64,000 nt of DNA from a bacterium (lineage in GTDB: Bacteria > Hinthialibacterota > Hinthialibacteria > Hinthialibacterales > Hinthialibacteraceae), in assembly GCA_963663405.2 (NCBI GenBank), contig CAXXSM010000130.1, positions 1 to 64,000 on the forward strand. The letters are read 5' to 3'. The notes below the pieces were generated by a model. It saw only the letters and a program-made list of their open reading frames with translations, ran no database searches and had not been told where the DNA came from. The translations under genes and the position numbers were made by a program. How positions within the stretch are numbered: position 1 is the stretch's first letter; the number at the start of each line of letters is the position of its first letter. Positions 39,882 through 50,750 of the stretch are shown here, piece after piece.

Positions 39882-40794
39882 AATGTTCTTTCACCTTCCC
39901 GATCTCTTCCAATGTTCCTGTTGTCATGCACGAGATCGAATCACAACAGGCTTTGACTAAACCTTGCAGCACTTTTCCGGGTCCCACTTCGATGGCGCTT
40001 TCGCATTCACGATCAATCAGCGCCATCGACTCACTCCAGCGCACCGGTTCGCAGAACTGCTTCACCAGCTGGCTTCGAATGGCTACCGCGCTGGTCTCCA
40101 TCCGGGCGGTGTTGTTTGATATGAAGGGAATCTCCGTATCCCGGATCTCTACGCCGCTTATAAATTCCTCAAACGAACGTTGCGCTTCCGTCATCAAGGG
40201 GGAATGGAAAGCGCCGCTGACCGGCAGGCGGATTACCCGCCTTGCGCCGCGTTCCTTCAAGACCGGCATGACCGATTCCACAGCCTCCGCTTCTCCGGAA
40301 ATGACCGTTTGTTTGCTTGAATTGTAGTTGGCCACGACGGCTTTGCCGCCTGTATGACCGGCGCAGGTCTCTGCGATCAATTCCGGCGCGAGATTCAAAA
40401 CCGCCGCCATCGCTCCCGGCGCCGCTTTTTCGTGCATCAACCGGGCGCGTTCGGCGATTACGCGGAGTCCCGTCGCGAAATCCCACGCGCCCGCCGCTGT
40501 CAACGCGGCGTATTCTCCAGCGCTGTGACCCGCCACCAACGTTGGTTTCAAACCATCCGCCGCCAATATTTCCGCCACTACGCAACTTAGGGTATAGATA
40601 CAAGGCTGCGTGTATAATGTTACATCTAATGAAGATGCTCCTTCCGGGCGCGACTTCTCATCCACCGGCCATCCAAGAATGGATTCGGCCTCTTCGTATC
40701 GTTCCCGGGCCTGGGGGACAGCCTCAATGAGATCCAATCCCATCCCCTTGCTTTGGGAACCTTGTCCGGGAAATAAAAAAGCGAATTTACTCAT
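39865..40794 (-). CDS. fabD: Malonyl-CoA-ACP transacylase
   Basis: FPGQGSQ, GHSAGE, SGAFHS. Confidence 0.97.
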   Translation of the reverse strand: MSKFAFLFPGQGSQSKGMGLDLIEAVPQARERYEEAESILGWPVDEKSRPEGASSLDVTLYTQPCIYTLSCVVAEILAADGLKPTLVAGHSAGEYAALTAAGAWDFATGLRVIAERARLMHEKAAPGAMAAVLNLAPELIAETCAGHTGGKAVVANYNSSKQTVISGEAEAVESVMPVLKERGARRVIRLPVSGAFHSPLMTEAQRSFEEFISGVEIRDTEIPFISNNTARMETSAVAIRSQLVKQFCEPVRWSESMALIDRECESAIEVGPGKVLQGLVKACCDSISCMTTGTLEEIGKVKEHYGVSS

Positions 40795-40832
40795 TTAATT
40801 CCGATCTTTTTAATCCGTTGTGGAACGTATTT

Positions 40833-41813
40833 TTAAAACTGAACGGCGCAGGCTCCCCATGTCATTCCCCCGCCAAAGGCCACAAACACGGCGAGATCCC
40901 CCTCTTGCAGCCGTTTCTCTTCCATTGCTTCATGAAGCGCCATGGGAATGGTCGCCGCTGACGTGTTTCCATATTTTTGTAAGTTGACGTAAAACAAGTC
41001 CATCGGCAGCCGCAGCCGCTGAGCGACGGCTTCAATGATTCGTATATTGGCTTGATGTGGAATCAGCAGTTTAACATCGTCTTTTTCCAGGCCGCATTGT
41101 TTCAAGACATCTTTACAGGCTTGGCTCATCGACCGGACGGCGTTTTTAAAAATATCGCGTCCGTTCATGTAAATATAGTGCTGTTTATCTTGGATCGCCT
41201 GTTCGGTGATCGGTACTTTAGATCCCCCACAGCGTTGACAAAGCAGCTCAGCGATGCTGCCATCGGCGCCAAGCACGCTCCCAAGAATGCCCTTTTCCGA
41301 ATCGTTGGATTGAATCACAACCGCCCCCGCGCCATCACCAAATAAGACACAGGTGTTACGGTCGGTCCAATCAACGACTTTCGCCAGGCAGTCTACGCCG
41401 ACCAATAGAATATTCTTGTACATGCCCGATTCGACATACGCTTGGGCGACGGATAACCCATAGATGAATCCCGAACAGGCGGCGGAGAGATCGACCGCCA
41501 TGATGTTTTTGATTCCAAGTTTGTTTTGGAGAATACAGGCCGTCGCAGGCCAGGCGTAATCGGAGGAGATCGTCGCCACCAGAATGGCGTCCAGATCACT
41601 AGCTTCAATCCCCGCATTTTCCAGCGCTTGCTGGGAGGCGGTCAAAGCGAGATCAGACGCGGCGGTGTTTTCATCCGTCAACCGGCGTTCGACGATACCC
41701 GTCCTCTCTCGAATCCATTCATCTGATGTGTCAACGATTTTTTCTAAATCAAAGTTTGTTAAAACTCGATCCGGCACAGCCATGCCTGTCGAGATAATTT
41801 TCGCTCTCGCCAC
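40833..41813 (-). CDS. fabH: Beta-ketoacyl-ACP synthase III
   Basis: AACSGF, PHQAN, YGNTSAA. Confidence 0.97.
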   Translation of the reverse strand: MARAKIISTGMAVPDRVLTNFDLEKIVDTSDEWIRERTGIVERRLTDENTAASDLALTASQQALENAGIEASDLDAILVATISSDYAWPATACILQNKLGIKNIMAVDLSAACSGFIYGLSVAQAYVESGMYKNILLVGVDCLAKVVDWTDRNTCVLFGDGAGAVVIQSNDSEKGILGSVLGADGSIAELLCQRCGGSKVPITEQAIQDKQHYIYMNGRDIFKNAVRSMSQACKDVLKQCGLEKDDVKLLIPHQANIRIIEAVAQRLRLPMDLFYVNLQKYGNTSAATIPMALHEAMEEKRLQEGDLAVFVAFGGGMTWGACAVQF

Positions 41814-41968
41814 AGAACCACCTCAATAGATTTTTTATACTAAAACAGCCAATACTCGAAACTTAACGCTTGTACCTATTGATATAGGTGTTGATTGGCT
41901 TGCCATATACTGTATACAGGTAAGTTTCGTCTTGCAGGGCTTTTTTACCGCTGAATCGTTCTAGCAAG

Positions 41969-42958
41969 TTACGCTGTTACAGCGGCGGATTCCAACGCTG
42001 CTTTAATTTCATCCAGAGGGCATTTTTCCGCCGCTTCGCAGGCCGCCTTGATACCATTGGCGATCGCCCGCGGCCCAGACCGGCCATGGCCGATCAGACA
42101 ATGCCCATTCACACCCAATAACAGAGCGCCGCCATACGCGGTATAATCGACGCGCGTCATGGTTTCTTGGAAAAATTCCATACGGTGCTCTTGGTCGACG
42201 TCTTTCGCCAGTACTTCATCCGATTCGGCTTTCAGCGCGCGGGAGAACATGGCGACCAATCCTTCGCCGAATTTCAAAATAACGTTGCCGATGAATCCAT
42301 CGCAAACGGCCACATCCACCGTCCCCCGCATGATATCGCCCCCTTCTACATTGCCGATGTAATTAATGGGGGCGTTTTTAAGCAACTTCGCCGCCGCGAA
42401 GGTCAGTTCGTTGCCTTTGGAGTCTTCTTCACCGATGGATAAGAGTCCCACACGGGGATTGGTTTTATTGAACACTTGCCGGCAATAGACATTTCCCATT
42501 ATGGCAAAGTCGAGGAGATGGTTGGGTTTGCAATCCACCGTCGCGCCCACGTCCAGTAACAGACTGTATCCATCAAGCGTGGGCATGGGCGCCACGATCC
42601 CCGGCCTGGAGACATGCGCCAACCGTCCTAAAACAAATAATGCGAATGCGACGGTCGCGCCGGAATTTCCCATGGAAATAAGCGCGTCCGCCTTTCCTTC
42701 CTTCACCAGAGCGGTTGCAATGGCGATGGATGAGTCTTGACGGGTTTTCAACGCGGTGGAGGGCGCCTCATGCATGCCGACAACGGTTGGCGCGTGAACG
42801 ATCCGCACCGGCAGATCCGCGCAGGGATCCGCCAACCGGGCCTCATCCCCGACGAGAATGACTTCCGCGTTGTTATTTTTTTGTAGAAAACGACGAACTC
42901 CCTCCACAAAATCATCTGGAGTCCGGTCGCCTCCCATCGCATCCACCGCGATTCTCAT
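41969..42958 (-). CDS. plsX: Phosphate acyltransferase PlsX
   Basis: IAVDAMGGD, IGEEDSKGN, DGFIGN, GHGRS. Confidence 0.97.
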   Translation of the reverse strand: MRIAVDAMGGDRTPDDFVEGVRRFLQKNNNAEVILVGDEARLADPCADLPVRIVHAPTVVGMHEAPSTALKTRQDSSIAIATALVKEGKADALISMGNSGATVAFALFVLGRLAHVSRPGIVAPMPTLDGYSLLLDVGATVDCKPNHLLDFAIMGNVYCRQVFNKTNPRVGLLSIGEEDSKGNELTFAAAKLLKNAPINYIGNVEGGDIMRGTVDVAVCDGFIGNVILKFGEGLVAMFSRALKAESDEVLAKDVDQEHRMEFFQETMTRVDYTAYGGALLLGVNGHCLIGHGRSGPRAIANGIKAACEAAEKCPLDEIKAALESAAVTA

Positions 42959-43184
42959 AACGATTATCCTTCTTTATATGAAAATGAGTTCCTAAGGCTT
43001 TCTCGTACGAATTAGCTCCCGCAACTCATTTTCATGTGCAGTTGTGATCTCAATCATGCTGGATCACATGCAGAGCGGCAAAAGGTTCTGATTATCCGTA
43101 ATCAATCGATCAAATTCTCTCGGATATCTTGAACTGCGCTGTTTCGACCGATTGTTTGTTTGTCCTTTTGCCGTTTCGTTTGGA

Positions 43185-43352
43185 TTACACAACTTGCGTG
43201 TCTTTATAAAATCCACAACTGGGACAAACCCGGTGGGGCATTTTCATCTCCCGGCAGTTCGGACATTCAACGAGCGAACGGGGGGTGACCGCATGATGAG
43301 AGCGTTTCATGCGCGTTTTCGATTTAGACTTCCGGTGCTTTGGATGAGCCAT
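43185..43352 (-). CDS. rpmF: 50S ribosomal protein L32 (55 aa, zinc-ribbon type)
   Basis: Manual translation [19 protein letters not shown]...CPNC...[13 protein letters not shown]; below the ORF-track size cutoff. Confidence 0.95.
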   Translation of the reverse strand: MAHPKHRKSKSKTRMKRSHHAVTPRSLVECPNCREMKMPHRVCPSCGFYKDTQVV

Positions 43353-43421
43353 TATTGAATCCTCTCTTGTAGTACGTATTACCTATCGTTCCAATTTATT
43401 TTGTATTTCAAGGTTTTTAGT

Positions 43422-43925
43422 TTATACGATAACACTCTGTTCCGAGCATCGTTCGAGCAACCGGCGTTCCACACAATAGGGAACGAAATCGGTCACATCA
43501 CCACCCTGCTTCGCGATCTCTTTGACCAGCCTTGCGCGCAGGTAGATATATTTTTCATTCGGCGCCATGAAAATGGTTTCAATTGTTTTATCCATACGGC
43601 GATTCACCAGCGCCATTTCGAATTCATAATCAAAATCGGATACTGCCCGCAACCCACGAAGAACAACGTGAATTCCTTTCTTCTCCATATAATGGATCAG
43701 CATTCCGTTAAATGCGTCAATTTCGATATTCCCGTCAATTGTTTCCGTGGCCTCTTTTAACATGTCAATGCGTTCCTGCAAAGAAAAAAGAGGCGTTTTG
43801 CTCGGATTGGTTACGATGGCGACGACGATCCGGTCGAAAATCGTCAATCCACGCTTGATTAAATCTAAATGGCCATTCGTTACCGGATCGAAACTTCCGG
43901 GGTAGACCGCGTATTGATTGGGCAT
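43422..43925 (-). CDS. coaD: Phosphopantetheine adenylyltransferase
   Basis: YPGSFDPVTNGH, RGLRAVSDFDYE. Confidence 0.98.
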   Translation of the reverse strand: MPNQYAVYPGSFDPVTNGHLDLIKRGLTIFDRIVVAIVTNPSKTPLFSLQERIDMLKEATETIDGNIEIDAFNGMLIHYMEKKGIHVVLRGLRAVSDFDYEFEMALVNRRMDKTIETIFMAPNEKYIYLRARLVKEIAKQGGDVTDFVPYCVERRLLERCSEQSVIV

Positions 43926-43966
43926 TCTTTACTCCCGCGTCACGCAGGTTCGATCGGCGCCATCCC

Positions 43967-44507
43967 TTAGTTAAAGAAATAAACGGCTGTTTTCCCGTAT
44001 ACACGCTGATCGATCGCTTGGAGACAATCCGAACGGATGACACAATTTTTCTCCGCCGGGCGTTCGACGATCACCAAGGCGCCGGGCTTTAGCGTTCCGT
44101 GTTTGACCAGCGAATCCAAAAAATTATCTTTGATGACTCGCGGTGGATCGAGAAACACGATATCCCACCGCGCCCATTCGCTTTCATTGGCGCCGAGTTT
44201 AAAGACATCCGTTTCCCAACAGCGGGCGCGATCCAATCCTACATCCCATAGCGACAACGTTTTACGGATCGCCCGCGTTGCAATGGGTTTTTTATCCAGC
44301 AAGGTCAGCCGGTCCGCGCCCCGGCTGAGCGCCTCCAATCCGACCGCCCCACTGCCGGCGAAGAGATCGGCGAAACGCGCGCCTATAATGTCCGGCCCCA
44401 AAATATTAAAAATCGCTTCCCGGACCATCTCGGTCGTGGTTTTCGAGCGATTTAACACGCGGTTTTACAATAGTCCGGTTTTTAAATTCGCCTGCGATAA
44501 TGCGCAT
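43967..44507 (-). CDS. rsmD: 16S rRNA m2G966 methyltransferase; frameshift near 44445
   Basis: MRIIAGEFK start; VREAIFN, DLFAGSGAVGLEALSRG, FLDPP. Confidence 0.9.
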
Positions 44508-44648
44508 CGAATAGTTCAGTTTGGGAATTACTTTCCAGCTGGATTAGGGTACTTACCGAATTCGTTTCAATCAAGCGGCGCGATTCATGATTCCCGTGAA
44601 CCGCTTTGAATCCTTCCGCGCCGCTGGCCGGATTCGCTTGTTTTCTCC

Positions 44649-45740
44649 TTATGATTCCTTTTGCAGCCCTGGCTCCGGAGTCCAGGTCACTTGTTTACCC
44701 ACCGCTTCCACGATGGGAACGAGGCGGCGCATTAAATCCTGATAGCCTTTTTCGTTGTGCGATTGCGCGCCGTCGGAAAAGGCTTTCGACGGTTCGGGGT
44801 GGATTTCAATAATCAGTCCATTACAGCCCGAAGCCGCCGCCGCCAGACTCATCGGCGTCACGAGATCCCGGCGGCCTGTTCCGTGACTGGGATCGACAAT
44901 CACCGGCAAATGGGTCAATTCATGCAGCGTGGGGACCGCGTTTAAGTCCAATACATTCCGGTACTTTGTTTCAAATGTGCGAATGCCCCGCTCACATAAT
45001 ATGATGTTACTGTTCCCGCAGGAGGCGATATATTCCGCCGACATCAGCCATTCATCAATCGTCGTGGCCATGCCTCGTTTAAGCAGGATCGGCTTGGTGG
45101 TGTCTCCTAGGGATTTCAGCAACATGAAATTCTGCACGTTCCGGGCGCCGATTTGAATAATGTCAGCGTATCGCTCCACGATTTCCAAGTTATGCGCGTC
45201 CATCAGTTCGGAGACCAGAGCAAGCCCATGTTCATGCCGGGCCTCGGCCATGTGTTTGAGACCTTCTTCTTCCAGTCCCTGAAAACTATAGGGCGAGGTT
45301 CGCGGCTTAAACGCGCCGCCGCGCAGCACCGACGCGCCGTATCGCTTCGCGATTTGGGCGCATTCCATGATCTGTTCCTGCGACTCGATCGCGCAAGGCC
45401 CCGCCATGACGACAAATTCCGGACCGCCGATGGTGACGCTTTTCTTTCCTTCTTTCCATTCAAACTCAACCGTAATCACAGTATCGGGACGTTTCATCCC
45501 TTTCAACATCTCACGGCAGACAAGTTTGTAGGGAGGCAGGATAAATTCAACCTTATCGACGCCGGTTTGACTGACGAGCCGCTCATGCAGCCCCGCCTTG
45601 CCCCGTTCATCACCGACCGCCGCCAGGACGGTCAAATTGGTCCCATAAATAGGATGAACGGTGTATCCCGCTTCTTCTATGATTAATTCAACGTGTTCGA
45701 TCTCTTCCTTCGACGCGTTGGTGTGCATCGTAATAATCAA
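44649..45740 (-). CDS. aroF: DAHP synthase class I-beta with N-terminal regulatory domain
   Basis: AGPCAIES, RGGAFKPRTSPY, QIGARN, DPSHG. Confidence 0.95.
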   Translation of the reverse strand: MIITMHTNASKEEIEHVELIIEEAGYTVHPIYGTNLTVLAAVGDERGKAGLHERLVSQTGVDKVEFILPPYKLVCREMLKGMKRPDTVITVEFEWKEGKKSVTIGGPEFVVMAGPCAIESQEQIMECAQIAKRYGASVLRGGAFKPRTSPYSFQGLEEEGLKHMAEARHEHGLALVSELMDAHNLEIVERYADIIQIGARNVQNFMLLKSLGDTTKPILLKRGMATTIDEWLMSAEYIASCGNSNIILCERGIRTFETKYRNVLDLNAVPTLHELTHLPVIVDPSHGTGRRDLVTPMSLAAAASGCNGLIIEIHPEPSKAFSDGAQSHNEKGYQDLMRRLVPIVEAVGKQVTWTPEPGLQKES

Positions 45741-46023
45741 GAGAGCACCTCAAAAACAAACATTTTTATAAGGGAACGGAACGTAATCAGCGATGATCAA
45801 GGCTGGTCCAAGAAACTGAAGGAAGACACACGCATCCCAGCCTCAGCGTTCCAATCAAAATATATAGTATATGTCTATCTGTAAAAAAATTAAGGCAGAT
45901 AAAACAAAACAAGAAAAAGACGAGAGCGGAATCCCAGATCGAAAGATTCGGCTGTATTTCCTGGCTGATTCTATGCTAAGATGATTTTTTTGAAGAGATT
46001 CAAAAAAGAAGCGAGAGAAAGCC

Positions 46024-47118
46024 ATGTACAAATCATTCCACATCAAAAATTTCCGCTGCTTCCGCGAGTTGAAAATGGAGAACCTCGAGCGGGTCAACCT
46101 AATCGCGGGAGAAAATAATGTCGGAAAAACAGCGCTGCTGGAGGCGTTGTATATTCATTGCGGGAACTATAATCCAGAGTTTATTCTCAAAATCAATGAA
46201 TTTCGAGGTATTACAAAATTACAATCAATCAATAGCTGGGAGAGTATGACGAGAGATTCAATCTTTCCCAATTTTGATAATAAGTTAATTATTGAATTAT
46301 ATGGAAACGATAAATCTTCACATTATCGTCGGTTACAAATAAAAGTAATTTCCAGATCTGATATTTTGAGTCTACAGAATGGAACTGAATTTAGCAATTT
46401 GGTAGAATTAGAAAAGTATAAGAACATTCTTTTGTCCTCTGAATCGCATAGTATTCTATCATTTGAATCGTGATCAATCTTATGGTATGGATGCATATTT
46501 TTTTTTAATTCAAATAGAGAAGAATATGCAGACAATACCAATACCCTATCCTCCTCCTATCACATTCAACATTCTTTCTACGCAAAAAAGTATGTCGTTT
46601 GAAGATCTCGCAAACTTGTATGGCAAAATTCAAATAAAGCGTCAAGGAGAGATTCTTTTAGAAATCTTACGTGATATCGAACCGCGCTTGATACGACCTT
46701 GAAATGATAGTTGATTCTGGTGAACCGATTCTACATGGGGACATCGGAGGGAAACGTATGATTCCTCTATCATTTATGGGAGAAGGATTAACTAGTCTTG
46801 CGGCAATCATCCTAAAAATAAGCGGCACAGCCGACGGCGTGCTACTAATCGATGAAATCGAAAACGGATTCCACCACTCAACCTTAGTAAACGTATGGAA
46901 AGCCATCGGACAAGCCGCCCGCCAGTTCAACACCCAAATCTTCGCCACAACCCATAGTTGGGAATGCATCACCGCCGCCCATCACGCGTTCTCGGAAAGC
47001 GAAAACTACGATTTCCGGCTCCACCGCCTGGATCGGGATGAAGATGAAATCAGCGTGAAGACATACGATCAGGAATCCCTTGACGCCCTCCATTGAAATG
47101 GGATTGGAGGTTCGGTAA
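46024..47118 (+). CDS. AAA_21/ABC-type ATPase; several frameshifts
   Basis: GENNVGKT Walker A, MGEG signature, [11 protein letters not shown] Walker B, TTHS; ends GLEVR; split into ORFs 46024, 46463 and 46704. Confidence 0.85.
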
Positions 47119-47751
47119 TGGCTAACGATTACAACAAATTTTGCTAAAATTACCAAACCTAATCTTATTATTGTAGAAGGAAAAGATGAGGAATTATTCT
47201 TTAAAGCGTTCTTGAAACATTTAAAGATAGAAAATATTCAGATTGCGCCAATCGGCGGGAGGAAACGAAACTTCGAAAAAATCTAAAAGCGCTCAAAGAT
47301 CATAAAGGTTATAAGAATCTAATCTCCCTAGGAATCGTGAGAGACGCTAATGGAGATAATGCTTTTCATAGCGTTTGCGATACATTGAGAGAGGTTAATT
47401 TACAACCCGTTCCAAGCAAAACACTGGAATTTGCAAGTACGATTCCACGAGTCGCAGTAAATGATATTACCCAATGAGAAAGATCGTGGCATGTTAGAAG
47501 ATGTTTGCCTTAAATCAATTAAAGACGATCCCGTTTTTCTTTGTCTTGAAGAGTATTTTGAATGCGTGAAAAAGAAACTTGGCGCAATCCCATCCAATAT
47601 GTCAAAAGCGAAAGTCCACGCGTTTTTAGCGTCCAGAGAAAGACCCGATCTACGATTGGGTGAGGCCGCTCAATGTGAATACTGGCCCTTCGATAACCCA
47701 GCCTTCACCCCAATCAAACAATTCCTAACCCTATTCAATGAACCAACATAG
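47118..47751 (+). CDS. DUF3226-like TOPRIM-fold protein; several frameshifts
   Basis: TAATG overlap with the ATPase; LIIVEGKDEELFF, IGG, LGIVRDAN, GMLEDVCL, SKAKVHAFLAS. Confidence 0.75.
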
Positions 47752-47761
47752 GAGTGATACA

Positions 47762-49032
47762 ATGCCAACTACAAACAATGATCTTTCCCGCAGGGAATTT
47801 GTAAACCGCGCGCTGCTGGCGGGTGGGATTCTGGCGGGAACGACACTGTCTTCGGGAGGAAAAACCGTGAATCGTCCGCTTGGACCTGATCCCAGCCGCG
47901 CTGTGGGGGCCCGATATTGGTACGCTTTATCCCGATATCATCGGCCTCGCCAACCAGTGTGAGTATCCGCTTTCTTTTTTGAATCAAGACCATTCCGATG
48001 TTGAACGATACCGGAAAACCGTCCAGAAGAAGGTCTTTGAACTGCTCTATTACGATCCCCCTCCCGTCGATCCCAATCCGGAACTCATCGATCATTGGGA
48101 GACCAAAGATTACATTCAAGAAAAAATCCTCTTCAACACAACCCCCTGGTTCCGTATTCCCGCGTATGTTCTCATCCCCAAAAACCGAAAAGGGAAAGCC
48201 CCGGCGATTGTGGATCTACACTGTCACGCGGGAGCGTTCTTATTCGGAAAAGATAAAGTGATGCCCGTCCCCAACCCGCATCCCGCGTTGATCGAACTAA
48301 AGAAATATAACTACGACGGACGCAGCACATCTGAAGAACTGGTCAAACGGGGCTTATGTAGTCATCTCCATCGACCGCTTTCTATTTCGGCGAACGCCGC
48401 ACGCTCTTCGATGACATGAATTCCCTTGGAATGGACCTCTCAAATTATTCTGTTGAAGACGTCCAACAAGCGAACCGAAGAGCGGGCCGGGGCGAAGCGA
48501 CGCTGGCGAAATCGCTCTTCTGGGCGGGGCACGACTTGGCATGGAATCGCCTGCTGGGACGAGATCCGCACGGTCGATTACCTCGTCTCTCGTCCGGAGG
48601 TGGACCCATCGCGCATCGGCTGCATGGGTATTTCAATGGGCAGCGACCGGACGAATTACCTCTGCGCGCTGGATAACCGGATTCAATGCGCGGTCTCGGT
48701 GGGCTGGGTCGCCACATTGCGAAGGCTCATCAAAGCGCATATCGACACGCATTCGTTCTCCCATTTTCTACCCGGCCTTGACGCGCTTCATGGATCTGCC
48801 GGACATGCTTGGAGCGATGGCCCCCAAACCTCTCCTTGTCCTGCAATGCTCAAAAGATGGTTTATACACCTTGGAAAGCATGAAAGAAGCCGTGGAGGAG
48901 TTAGAGAAAATCTATGCGAAAGCGAACGCGTCCGATCGATTCGAAGGCCGGTTTTACGATCAACCCCATCGATTTTCAAGCGATATGCAGGAAGACGCCT
49001 TCCAATGGTTTGACAAGTATCTCAAAGGATAA
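47762..49032 (+). CDS. Tat-exported alpha/beta hydrolase (dienelactone hydrolase / acetylxylan esterase-like); several frameshifts
   Basis: SRREFV; PAYVLIPK, DYLVSRPEVDPSRIGCMGISMG, APKPLL, PHRF. Confidence 0.8.
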
Positions 49033-49089
49033 TACTCATTCTTACACGAAAACATAATTTCAATTATTTGACAAGGATCGAAATCAACT

Positions 49090-49716
49090 ATGTATACTGT
49101 TGAAGAAGCTCTGAATCATTTAAAAGAAGGAAACAAACGTTTTGCGGAAGGGAAGAGCATCCATCCCCGTGTTGACATTGAACGCCGGAAAGAGACAGCC
49201 CGGCATGGGCAAGCGCCCTTCGCCACGGTTCTCGCCTGTTCGGATTCGCGTGTGCCGGTCGAATTGTTGTTCGATCGTGGAATCGGGGATATTTTCGTTA
49301 TCTGCGTCGCAGGTAACGTCCCCGGCTCTGACGTGAACGCCTCGATTGAATACGCGATCAATTATCTAAGAACTCCAGTCTGCGTCGTTCTCGGTCACGA
49401 AGACTGCGGAGCCATAAAAACAGTCGTCACTCAAGCGAAAGTCCACGGACATATTACCGAACTCGCCGAAAAAATCCGCCCGGCAGTAGAAGAAGCTAAA
49501 CAGGAACACCCCCATCTCCTCCCCAAAGATATTGTGTCTAAAGCCGTCCGCGTCAACATCTGGAAAACCATCGAAACCCTGCTCAATAACAGCGATATCA
49601 TCAAAACCTGCGTCAAACGAGACGGCCTAAAACTAGCCGGCGCCGTTTACGACATCGAAAGCGGACTCATAGAATGGCTGGGAGAACATCCGAAATTAGG
49701 GGAATTGATTGAATGA
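49090..49716 (+). CDS. Beta-class carbonic anhydrase
   Basis: CSDSRVP, VAGN, GHEDCGA. Confidence 0.95.
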   Translation: MYTVEEALNHLKEGNKRFAEGKSIHPRVDIERRKETARHGQAPFATVLACSDSRVPVELLFDRGIGDIFVICVAGNVPGSDVNASIEYAINYLRTPVCVVLGHEDCGAIKTVVTQAKVHGHITELAEKIRPAVEEAKQEHPHLLPKDIVSKAVRVNIWKTIETLLNNSDIIKTCVKRDGLKLAGAVYDIESGLIEWLGEHPKLGELIE

Positions 49717-49795
49717 TAGTTGTTTGTAATTGAATCATTTTCCGTAAAAACGATATGATATAAAAAGTATTAATCATGCAATAGGAGAAGCGGCA

Positions 49796-50467
49796 ATGTC
49801 CGATCTTTCTTCATTAGGTTTCTATATTCTTTTACTATTACCCGGATATATTTTTGTACAAACAAGGGATTATCACCTGTTACGAGAAAAAAAGACCCAA
49901 TTTGAAAAAACATTTGAGATTATTCTTTGGAGCGCATTTATTTGGGTAATTGCGTGTGTGAGTTCATTTTGGTGGCCTTTTTGGGAAGCAAGGAAGGTAA
50001 CTCTTGAATATTTTATTTCGAGTCTGAAAAATCGTATGGAATTTTCTACTTGGGATTCCTCTCCTTTTCCTTCAGCTGCGGCCTTTTTTTTTGTTGTGTG
50101 TTTCTATTCTTTCCTTTTCGCGAATCTATGGGGTTTAATACGAAAATTCAAATTCGTTGATTCATTTTTGAAAGAGTTGACAGGAAGAGATTGGTATCCA
50201 AGTATAACTTGCCGTTTTTTACAGGAAAATTTGGGAAATCCGATTGTAGTTGAAATCGATGAATATAAGTATCTTGGGATTTTAAGTGGCGCGCCTTATA
50301 AAGAAGAAGATCATTATATTTTATTAACGAATGTCTCTCTTATGCCAAGAAAACCAGGTGATAAGCCTGAATCGCTTTCATTAATCGATTCATTGTTAAT
50401 CAAGTTCGATGAGATCGATAAGGTTCAATCATTAAATGCCACTATTCTACATCTGAATAATGTCTGA
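49796..50467 (+). CDS. Membrane protein, DUF6338-like
   Basis: LLLPGY in the first TM helix, three TM segments, soluble beta-rich C-terminus; AT-rich. Confidence 0.6.
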   Translation: MSDLSSLGFYILLLLPGYIFVQTRDYHLLREKKTQFEKTFEIILWSAFIWVIACVSSFWWPFWEARKVTLEYFISSLKNRMEFSTWDSSPFPSAAAFFFVVCFYSFLFANLWGLIRKFKFVDSFLKELTGRDWYPSITCRFLQENLGNPIVVEIDEYKYLGILSGAPYKEEDHYILLTNVSLMPRKPGDKPESLSLIDSLLIKFDEIDKVQSLNATILHLNNV

Positions 50468-50517
50468 TAAAATAATAAAAGGGGTATAATGTAAAGAGGA
50501 AAATTGATGAAAGGAGG

Positions 50518-50733
50518 ATGAACATAATAATGAAAAATCCACATCGTCTTGATGAATCACTTTCATATTTCTGCAAAAAGAGTCTCAATGGTGACGAGGC
50601 TATAGAAATAGATCTAAGCAAAATCACTGTTTCTGAAAGTGGTCACATTAAACTTATCGACTCAGATGATCCTGCTACACAGCCTTCTGATTCCGAGCAA
50701 AGCCCACCAGCGTTTCAAGAAGCGAATGATTAA
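50518..50733 (+). CDS. Small acidic hypothetical protein
   Basis: AGGAGG RBS; follows the DUF6338-like gene. Confidence 0.5.
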   Translation: MNIIMKNPHRLDESLSYFCKKSLNGDEAIEIDLSKITVSESGHIKLIDSDDPATQPSDSEQSPPAFQEAND

Positions 50734-50750
50734 ACGATACGTCGCTCCAA

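Noticed and set aside
46460-46710. In-frame TGA codons in the ATPase as selenocysteine or stop-codon reassignment
   Set aside because: Homology continues in a different frame rather than through the TGA, and TGA is a normal stop elsewhere in the window
3229-49032. Frameshifts in about a dozen genes as programmed frameshifting, phase variation or mass pseudogenisation
   Set aside because: Scattered single-base indels, often in homopolymers, also hit conserved genes such as rsmD and the SPOUT methylase; long-read consensus error is the simpler explanation. Short-read polishing would decide.
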